Positions 57,701 to 64,000 of a stretch of DNA of 64,000 nt are shown piece by piece; the stretch's first letter is position 1; every line of letters starts with the position of its first letter. The notes beneath the pieces were generated by a model. It searched no databases. It was not told the DNA's origin and worked only from the letters and a program-made list of their open reading frames with translations. The stretch lies in the sequence record NC_061449.1, one strand, 5' to 3'. Both the position numbers and the translations under genes were made by a program.

Positions 57701-59021
57701 TCACAGTGTAGTCTCGAATGGTCAGATGTTTCAGACCTGTGGTAGGACGTGCTGCGTAATAGAACAGACGGTCGTATGTATCTTCCTGAGTATATGGAGG
57801 TGTCAGGAGTTCAACATAAGGCCAACCAGAACGAGTCTGCGTAGGCGCGTCGGTCGTAGCGAAGTCGAACAGCGCATTGCTACCGTTCGTGTCCATACCA
57901 GAAACTAACTTGCCACCCGCATCCGTCCAAGCAGCAGTCGTGTTAAACACAACAAGATCGTTGGCCACAAGAGGACGAGCAGCAACGTTCTGTACGTTAT
58001 CACGGATGTTGAACTGATAGACGTTTGATCCATCGTGGCCGAAAACAAGCAACGAACTCGGTACGAACTGATACCAGAAAACGTTGGCAGGTGCCGCAGA
58101 GGTATTACCGCCCACCAGCTTGCCGTCAAGAGTTGACAGCACATCGTAACTATCGGAGCCGTTGACGTAGAACTTGTCTGACTTAACAGACGTTTCAACG
58201 AACGAGGCATTCAGGTAATGCGCACGGCCGTCTAGGTCAAACGCAACATAGCTATCGACAGTGTTTGAACCAACACCAGCACGACGACACACAACGCGGT
58301 TGACTGCATAACCAAGTCGTTTAGGCTCACCGAACTGAGTCATTGCTTCATCAAGAATGTCCACTTGCCCAGACTTGTGAAAGACTACAGCGCTGCGTTT
58401 ACCTGTCGAGTCGTAACTGATTTTATAGCCAGCAATATCAACGTTGTACATCGCACCGAACACTTTCGTATTCGACACATCACCGTCAGTATGGACATAG
58501 TACAGGGTACGCGCCACACGGTCATGAACGATTGATATAGGTTTAGTTAGATCAAAGAATGTGGATTCGAAGTCCGAGAACTTCGCCACGCTGCCCTGCT
58601 GCATGTCCTGAACAGTGGGAATACGAACACCACCACCAAGAACAAGACCACCATACGTAGGGTTGACAGCAGCGCCGAGAGGCATAGCGTCCATACCCTG
58701 AGTAACCAGACGATAATCCAGCTCTTTTGTTTGGGGCCTGACAAAGATTCGGGACATAGAATGCACAAGCACCCACAAGTCACCGTCTTTGTAGTAAAGC
58801 AGAACAGGTTGCGTAGCAGAGGCATCGACTGTGACAGTAGCGATTAAGCTAACTGGATAGTCAGAACCAGAACTCGGCGCGATATCCTTTTCAGTTGTTG
58901 CATCAGCAAACGTACCGCCAACCACACGAAACGTCAGCGTGTCAGTGTGACTCTGGATTGTCGCAGTGCCTGACCACGACTGTTCACCCACCGCTGATAC
59001 TACAGGAATCATTTCAGCCAT
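54696..59021 (-). CDS. very large virion structural / fibre protein
   Basis: 1441 aa; beta-rich; NTWNRTEDVTISGINVAVPVSV module typical of tail appendages; 16-aa tandem repeat; C-terminal Cys cluster. Confidence 0.75.
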   Translation of the reverse strand: MAEMIPVVSAVGEQSWSGTATIQSHTDTLTFRVVGGTFADATTEKDIAPSSGSDYPVSLIATVTVDASATQPVLLYYKDGDLWVLVHSMSRIFVRPQTKELDYRLVTQGMDAMPLGAAVNPTYGGLVLGGGVRIPTVQDMQQGSVAKFSDFESTFFDLTKPISIVHDRVARTLYYVHTDGDVSNTKVFGAMYNVDIAGYKISYDSTGKRSAVVFHKSGQVDILDEAMTQFGEPKRLGYAVNRVVCRRAGVGSNTVDSYVAFDLDGRAHYLNASFVETSVKSDKFYVNGSDSYDVLSTLDGKLVGGNTSAAPANVFWYQFVPSSLLVFGHDGSNVYQFNIRDNVQNVAARPLVANDLVVFNTTAAWTDAGGKLVSGMDTNGSNALFDFATTDAPTQTRSGWPYVELLTPPYTQEDTYDRLFYYAARPTTGLKHLTIRDYTVNMPDLSNINLGPSVTFKVIVDAGDPDIALPITAPAGVTVAATIDVTTTDIVDGKEVTTTKKVPVSKVYDGQEVTITLGHEYITSTSFPISIGRSVYQFEMKADDTPNAFSWQNILGVDNDTWNRTEDVTISGINVAVPVSVLIDGQEDYDRVKIFVDGVETAMPVLIRNNQKLGFEILHENNTSRIDVGVGKGTSGFGIYTIVEAQIDVGRHWAYMPIGKEVKSDTFKNTGTIPLTLTIDSPEGAVFADGSTTVTVPVNGTSSIKFTPTENKQYTIKFHSDQFSYEWYVWADAEWLGTPAPTKRAERYVMGDSGDLFVDNIPDNFWTYFTVPAGMLLDVDGVRVVAGLDSRGVYKEQGLVLGPFECADTMLKIYGLPSHDQPHTLMFGNAPFGWLYDMTVDPSYTAYATESVQLFDVTHLDAVAEAVTATDKTFVGTSTHSVNLEPEFDSDLEVQHQWFDFEQGQTHTDAAVVRTIEVGGTTDTQVISGPEFDTDHKDFVDNFRMFDLIARSDIVVDKFDLFELTQGQKDVITTMPTADFVGEAESITSDTFPLFELTVGQEDTVTDFPLFELTVGQEDTVTDFPMFEATVGQEDTVTDFPLFEPTVGQEDTVADFPLFEATVGTDFVADSFGALFVEVPDIAADTFLPDFATDLVAVNDTFINNFVAYADVAAQYFDLRSPGYRSSARAMPDQILPKFANDKGIYPTDALAPRKVDILGLYDGGSILPSQKSVGGLYRQDVTEAQYVPPSAVYNVGWARPQWMPATVTYQVDAHVAKYVDPIYHPAVLFIPEIPFVRRMPAPVYYHYVPSDPQWMKAPVQYPVSPAPSDFYHLKAVSGVHAAFEPHTVDAPTVYTHLIEGQFIQSSQSGKTEELGRRLVNTDKVIPVARKAGNPVTPKAIPVEIQKTRRSTSRTYVVLAPVVEAWTVEPNHGSIDKPLEEGYFATELGALQNATQVWGFDPSVVYAIQQPNGYWTWAQITVCEESCGSMSCAARGYLSGG
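55834..56048 (-). repeat. 48-bp in-frame tandem repeat (~4.5 copies, DFPLFELTVGQEDTVT)
   Basis: Units start at 55852, 55900, 55948, 55996, with a partial unit at 56044. Confidence 0.95.
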
Positions 59022-59045
59022 TGTTCACCTCACGATGCGGAAACT

Positions 59046-59069
59046 AAAAAGGGCGCCCGAAGGCACCCT
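59046..59069 (-). terminator. intrinsic terminator
   Basis: GGGTGCC-TTCG-GGCGCCC followed by TTTTT. Confidence 0.88.
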
Positions 59070-59076
59070 GTGAGGA

Positions 59077-60258
59077 TTAGGCTCCGGCGCCTTCTTGGGC
59101 TTTATAGCCTTTTAAGAAGAAGATACGCATACCGGTGTTGTTCGGACTGTTAGCAGTCAGAGCTTTATAGGTACGCTTCTTCGGCGTGCTGCCGTCGTCT
59201 TCCGTTTCGTTATACACCTGCACGTCGATCTCAGTGCCGTTGGAGATAACGTCAGCAGATGCGTAGCCGACCATATCCATTTCGTACGGGTAGCTATAAC
59301 GCTGCGTGTTGAAGCCCGCAGGCAGACGGAAATCGAAGTGGTTATCTTCGGAGAACGGAACCATCTGATACGGGTTGATAACAGCAGAGCTATCCGCGCT
59401 GTGTACGTGAGCAGGTGCCGGAATAGTAGGAGCATTCACGTCAGACTCACGCACTGTATAACGCATGATCTGGAATGATCCCGGGCTGCTCGCTGCCGGA
59501 CGCACCTCAATGTCGTTGTTAATAGAGCCGCCGCCGTTTACAGAGAACATGCAGAACAGAGGAGCTTTCCCTTCAACAACAACGGTACCATCAGAGTTGA
59601 TAGCGCGTTGTACAACAAGCCACGCAGCGCGGCAGCCGTCGGAATCACGTCCTTCAACAGCGATATGCAGAGCAAAGCCGTGATCAGTGAAAGACAGATG
59701 GTACGTAAACGGAGTCGCTTCCGGGTCAGCCCAGATCAGGCTGTCGTTGTTGGTCTGTCCGGCAGTGTTGGTGGTGGCATTAGTTGGATATGCCATCGTG
59801 CCGCCGTAGTATACAGTGTTGCTTGGACCTGCGATACCACGATGGTAGAAGCATACGTCATTGTCACCAGCCGAACCGCCGTTGATGCCAGAGAAGCGAG
59901 CACCAATCTGACCTGCATACTCAGGAACGCCTGAGGACGTAATAGCAGCAGTGCCTGTTTTTGCCACAGTACCCGTGTCAGAAATCTGCTCAGGCGCAGC
60001 GCAGTATAGATTCGTGCGCTTCTCAGTACCCTTCATGGCGATACGCCAGCGCTGTTTACCTGCACCAGTACCGGCAAGCGGGTCGATGGTATTTGTCGCT
60101 TCCAGTACGAAAGACGAAAGATCAGTCGAAGGAAGAGTAGAAGCGATGGTGCCGTTATAGCTCACCAGAGAGAAGCCGTTAGCCATCATATCCTCTAGGA
60201 TAGAGCGCCACATTTTCAGGTTGCTGGTGAAGCCAGATTTCACAATCAGTTTGTTCAT
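59077..60258 (-). CDS. abundant virion appendage protein (paralogue A)
   Basis: 393 aa; strong codon bias; TDHGFALHI and YPYEMDMVGYASADV motifs shared with the neighbour. Confidence 0.7.
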   Translation of the reverse strand: MNKLIVKSGFTSNLKMWRSILEDMMANGFSLVSYNGTIASTLPSTDLSSFVLEATNTIDPLAGTGAGKQRWRIAMKGTEKRTNLYCAAPEQISDTGTVAKTGTAAITSSGVPEYAGQIGARFSGINGGSAGDNDVCFYHRGIAGPSNTVYYGGTMAYPTNATTNTAGQTNNDSLIWADPEATPFTYHLSFTDHGFALHIAVEGRDSDGCRAAWLVVQRAINSDGTVVVEGKAPLFCMFSVNGGGSINNDIEVRPAASSPGSFQIMRYTVRESDVNAPTIPAPAHVHSADSSAVINPYQMVPFSEDNHFDFRLPAGFNTQRYSYPYEMDMVGYASADVISNGTEIDVQVYNETEDDGSTPKKRTYKALTANSPNNTGMRIFFLKGYKAQEGAGA

Positions 60259-60276
60259 GAGCTGTTATCCCCTTAA

Positions 60277-61263
60277 TTAAGCAGTATCGCCCAGGCCGAT
60301 AGGAAGCATCAGACGCATACCACGGTTGTCTTTACCGTTAGCGTTCATGCCCAGGTATTTGGTTTTGTTTGCTGCTTTCAGAGGGTTCAACTGCACTTCG
60401 GAGCCGGCAGAGAGAACGTCAGCAGACGTATAGCCCAGCATGTCCAGTGTAGCGAAGTACACATAACGCTGAGTGTTGATCATCTGCGGGAACAGAACGA
60501 TAGCGCGGTTACCTTCTGCAATCATAACCTGCTGGAGCGGGTTGATGATTGGTGCAGAGTCAGGCGTAGGCTGCACAGCAGACAGCGGCGCCGTAGCTGA
60601 GTAAATACCATCTTCGATTACAGTGTAGCGCTGAATAGCATCAGCAGAGAACTTATCAGGGTCACCGGCAAGGCCGCCACCGCAAGAGAATACTGCAAAC
60701 AACGGACTCTGATCGCCTGGTTTAGAGTCTGTGGACTGGACGCCGCGCTGAACAACGAACCAGCTAAACGCAGTACCGGTATTATCGAAACCTTCTGCAT
60801 TGATATGCAGAGCGATACCGTGGTCGGTAGTGATGAAGTCATACGTCAGAGGGTACGCAGACACATCAGCAGTCGGGTCCATCTTCCAGTCGTTAGTCAG
60901 ATCGATGAAGAAGTTAGCAATCAAGCCAGACTTAGACATACGTCCGATTTCAACTGTAGCAGAGCGTTTCGCTGCGGTGTAATCGGTGGCGTTCACCTGA
61001 TTGTCAGGCAAAACATTCACAGCCAAAGTTTTAGCGGCGTTGTCCGCAGACAGCAGGATGCCCCACTTTTGGTTTTGATACAGAGGGTCAACCGCCTCAG
61101 ATGCCAGCAAATAGAAAGTCTTGCCAGTAGGTGTTACGGTAGTTCCTGTTTTGCCGTCAACAGCAACAAGCGAGAAGCCAGCAGTAATCATTTTGCCGAC
61201 GAGATCGCGAGTCAGGGCCTCAAGGCCTACGAGCTTAGTGGCGTTAATACGTTGAATAGCCAT
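60277..61263 (-). CDS. abundant virion appendage protein (paralogue B)
   Basis: 328 aa; TDHGIALHI and LDMLGYTSADV motifs. Confidence 0.7.
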   Translation of the reverse strand: MAIQRINATKLVGLEALTRDLVGKMITAGFSLVAVDGKTGTTVTPTGKTFYLLASEAVDPLYQNQKWGILLSADNAAKTLAVNVLPDNQVNATDYTAAKRSATVEIGRMSKSGLIANFFIDLTNDWKMDPTADVSAYPLTYDFITTDHGIALHINAEGFDNTGTAFSWFVVQRGVQSTDSKPGDQSPLFAVFSCGGGLAGDPDKFSADAIQRYTVIEDGIYSATAPLSAVQPTPDSAPIINPLQQVMIAEGNRAIVLFPQMINTQRYVYFATLDMLGYTSADVLSAGSEVQLNPLKAANKTKYLGMNANGKDNRGMRLMLPIGLGDTA

Positions 61264-61270
61264 ACAGTTA

Positions 61271-62056
61271 TCACTCCATTACCAGATAGGTTACAGTGAG
61301 TTTCGGTTTCGACGGTGATGTGCCGATATTCTTCATACGCCAAGAAATAGTGGACGTATTGTCTTTGTTGGACAGGAAAGAGTATCGACGCAGCTTACGA
61401 ACAATAGGACTGCCTTCGCTGTCCACGTCAGTAAACACACCATCATCTTCGAGAAAATTAGCAGTGGAACGGAATATATACGGGTTTCTGTCGTCACGAA
61501 GTGTACTTTGATACGCAGTCAACTCTACGTCAAAAGCGTTCAGTTTAACAGAAAGCAGCATAACAGTTTTGTTCATCGCCAGATCAAAGTCCAGATGCTG
61601 ACCTGGGGTAATATAGTCGGCGGCTTCGTACTCTACAGTCTTACGCACACCAGCACTCTCATTACCGCTCATATCAGCCCAGAACATTGTACCGTTTGCA
61701 CCTGACATGAGGGTCATGCCCGCATATTCAGGCTCAGGTACTTGCTTACTCGGGTCAAGTCCAACAACTGTCAGACCTGTTTCATCCACAGCAGTGACGA
61801 ACGGCGATTCGAACTTGTAGTTGGAACCGCCGAACTTCGCTTCTTCCCACGTCACGTTGTCTGCACCAAGTTGATACATCTTCTTGGTCTCAGTGACGTA
61901 ACATAACATCCCAGGCTTTTTATTGCCTACGGACATTGTGTCACGATCATTGAGTGTAGCCAGACAGCGCATACCCCCTCGAAGATATTTGTCTTCAAGG
62001 AGGTATGGGAGTGCTGCGGATGCTGGTAACAGAAACGAAGTCATGTTAACCGGCAT
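61271..62056 (-). CDS. fibre-associated protein
   Basis: 261 aa; LRGGMRCLATLNDRDTM....KPGMLCYV.ET.KMYQL is a common phage fibre N-terminal motif; AGGAG RBS. Confidence 0.7.
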   Translation of the reverse strand: MPVNMTSFLLPASAALPYLLEDKYLRGGMRCLATLNDRDTMSVGNKKPGMLCYVTETKKMYQLGADNVTWEEAKFGGSNYKFESPFVTAVDETGLTVVGLDPSKQVPEPEYAGMTLMSGANGTMFWADMSGNESAGVRKTVEYEAADYITPGQHLDFDLAMNKTVMLLSVKLNAFDVELTAYQSTLRDDRNPYIFRSTANFLEDDGVFTDVDSEGSPIVRKLRRYSFLSNKDNTSTISWRMKNIGTSPSKPKLTVTYLVME

Positions 62057-62066
62057 CTTATTCTCC

Positions 62067-64000
62067 TTACGCGATACCTGAACCTGGGTTAGAGGAACCG
62101 TAGGTCAGTTTGAACGTATACGCCAAACCATCGAACGGGAAGTCGTTTCGGTAGATAACGTAATCAACACCATTGATGGTCACTTCGGCAGGACCAGCAA
62201 AGTTGAAGTCATCGAACTCTAAAGCGCCATCCCATGAACCAGCAAAGCCCTGCACAGATTCAACGAAGTAACCATAGCCAAGAGACTTAGGCCACGCAAC
62301 GTAGAAGAACACGTTGTTTGAACTTGTACTGGTGTTTCCTGGACAGTTCAGGAGCTGCTGACCTGTAGTGGTCAGAGCTGTTTGCAGACCCTGTACGAAC
62401 TGCGCATCGTAACCGCTGGTGGACTTGATCTTAGAGTGATAGCCGAAGCGAGCACCCAAGTCAGAGGACTGTTGCGGTTTGAGTGTGACGTCTTTCGTCG
62501 CAGTAACCGTCTTACCGTTCTTAACGTAAGTCACGGTGATAGTCACTACAGCGTCAGCAGTAACAGCGTTAGACTTCAACGAACCACCAACAACGCTCAG
62601 GCCGGTTGCAGTACCAGACTTCACAGCTACTGCCCACGTTGTACCGCTATCGGCAGTCACGTCAGGCGTAGTACCGTCAGACAGCGTAGCAGTCGCAGTG
62701 TATGCAGTAGTCACACCTCCGATGATTGACGCAGAGCCGGTGATGGTCACAGAGTCAGGAGTCGGTGGAGCAGGTGTGTTCGTTACCGTCAGGTTAGCAG
62801 TCTGAGATTGACTGTTATACGATGCAGTACCAGTGATGATTGCTGTCTGCGTCGTGCTCACAGTGTTACCGGTGATCGTGTTGTTGCCATTAAACGTGAA
62901 GCCTGTAGTAGAACCAGAGCTACGCGTAATAACAGGCGTCAGGTCGACCGTGGTGTTGTCAGAGAAGGTCAGGCGCAGAATGTAAGTACCAGTCTCACCT
63001 TTGTTCACAGCAGTAGGACCAATCAGCTCGCGCTTAGTGATCGTTGCTGCCTGATTAATCAGAGTGACAACTTTCTCAGGGGCATACGTCTGGCCGTCAA
63101 CAGTTACGTTAGCAGCACGAAGCGTAGCAGTCTGGTTCTGGCTAATCGAGTTAGCAGGTACGGTCAGCTTCACACGAGTTGAAGTAGAACCCACAGACAG
63201 CGTTGCGTATGCAGCGCCTTGAGGCAGTGACCAAGTAGGCAGAGAAGCATACTCATTCACAGCACCAGACAGTCGAGTAACACGAACGAAGTAGTCACCA
63301 GACACTGTACCTTCTGTCACAGAGTCGTTACCGATGATTTCGACTTTGCTCACGTCGTCAGTAGGACCAACAACAGTGAACTGGACGTTACCGGTTTTCG
63401 ATACTGTACCTACAGTGGCAGCCACGTTCAATTGGAACGTCAGGGTACCATAGAAACCGCTGAGTGCTTTCTTAGTACGAATGCGCCAGCCAGTTGTGCC
63501 ACCAGCAACGATCTCAAAGTATTCTTGAGCCGCAGTTGACAGCGTATAAGACAGTTCCCCGCTAGTACCCTCACGAGTAGTAGAGTCAGAGAACGTCAGG
63601 GTGCTATGCAGGTCACGCGTCACACCAGATGCAGTACCGAAGTCAAACACAGGCGATGGAGCAGCCGGTTGTACGGACAGCAGAGTAATGACGATGATGT
63701 TTTTAACCAGCACAGACTTCTGAGCGTTACGCCCATCGTAGGTCGCACGAATCAGAACAGTTGTGTCCTGAGTCACTTCGCCAGCAGACAGCACACCAGT
63801 TTGAGCGATGCTTGCAACTGCGCTACCCTGAATCACAGACCACGTAGGCGAAGCTACCTGACGATCAGTACCGTCAGAGAGAATTTCCCACGCAGTAAAT
63901 TGCGCAGTAGTGTTCTCGTTCATCGAGTCGTTGCCGCGAATCTCAAGCGAGGTCACAGTCGGAGGGTTACCAACGATAGACACAGGCAGAGTTGCAGTTT
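62067..64000 (-). CDS. Ig-like repeat virion protein, 5' end outside the window
   Basis: Frame is open to the window edge (TATLPVSIVGN...); repeated Big_2-like units; C-terminal domain like that of 14678..19213. Confidence 0.85.
   Translation of the reverse strand, partial: TATLPVSIVGNPPTVTSLEIRGNDSMNENTTAQFTAWEILSDGTDRQVASPTWSVIQGSAVASIAQTGVLSAGEVTQDTTVLIRATYDGRNAQKSVLVKNIIVITLLSVQPAAPSPVFDFGTASGVTRDLHSTLTFSDSTTREGTSGELSYTLSTAAQEYFEIVAGGTTGWRIRTKKALSGFYGTLTFQLNVAATVGTVSKTGNVQFTVVGPTDDVSKVEIIGNDSVTEGTVSGDYFVRVTRLSGAVNEYASLPTWSLPQGAAYATLSVGSTSTRVKLTVPANSISQNQTATLRAANVTVDGQTYAPEKVVTLINQAATITKRELIGPTAVNKGETGTYILRLTFSDNTTVDLTPVITRSSGSTTGFTFNGNNTITGNTVSTTQTAIITGTASYNSQSQTANLTVTNTPAPPTPDSVTITGSASIIGGVTTAYTATATLSDGTTPDVTADSGTTWAVAVKSGTATGLSVVGGSLKSNAVTADAVVTITVTYVKNGKTVTATKDVTLKPQQSSDLGARFGYHSKIKSTSGYDAQFVQGLQTALTTTGQQLLNCPGNTSTSSNNVFFYVAWPKSLGYGYFVESVQGFAGSWDGALEFDDFNFAGPAEVTINGVDYVIYRNDFPFDGLAYTFKLTYGSSNPGSGIA

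Noticed and set aside
1-64000. Stop-codon reassignment or a prophage/host boundary
   Set aside because: Genes are full length in the standard code and tightly packed; no integrase, att site or host housekeeping synteny was seen

Overview
This window is about 64 kb of a large lytic myovirus (jumbo-phage type) genome. It is roughly 50% GC with SD-type RBSs and enterobacterial-like codon usage. Every credible protein gene lies on the minus strand. In transcription order (64 kb to 1) it contains: Ig-like and fibre proteins; an acidic virion protein; NAD+-dependent DNA ligase; a GT2/TPR glycosyltransferase; the head module (prohead protease, HExxH metallopeptidase, acidic Zn-ribbon scaffold, decoration protein, major capsid protein); the tail module (sheath, two tube paralogues, two gp26-like proteins, a tape-measure-like protein with a lysozyme-like domain, gp48/gp53/gp27/gp5-like proteins); a NUDIX/MmcB/thymidylate kinase block; a ~1 kb ORF-free, highly base-paired region; the baseplate (PAAR, gp25, gp6, wedge); and a fibre cluster with four collagen-like proteins, one ending in a complete Hint domain. 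The gene set is reminiscent of the hairy myoviruses of plant-associated enterobacteria (Erwinia Y3/Yoloswag/Alexandra, Dickeya JA11/AD1), but this is recall and was not verified by a search. No portal, terminase, tRNA, CRISPR or transposase was recognised. The best leads are: (1) a candidate ~1 kb structured ncRNA, probably antisense to all genes; (2) an apparent head-cargo system, with an S-x-S processing motif plus a shared domain in several unrelated proteins; (3) a Hint-domain collagen fibre; (4) GPT-rich collagens encoded alongside a glycosyltransferase; (5) a GCTAATTT promoter-like motif. All product calls come from motif recognition by eye.
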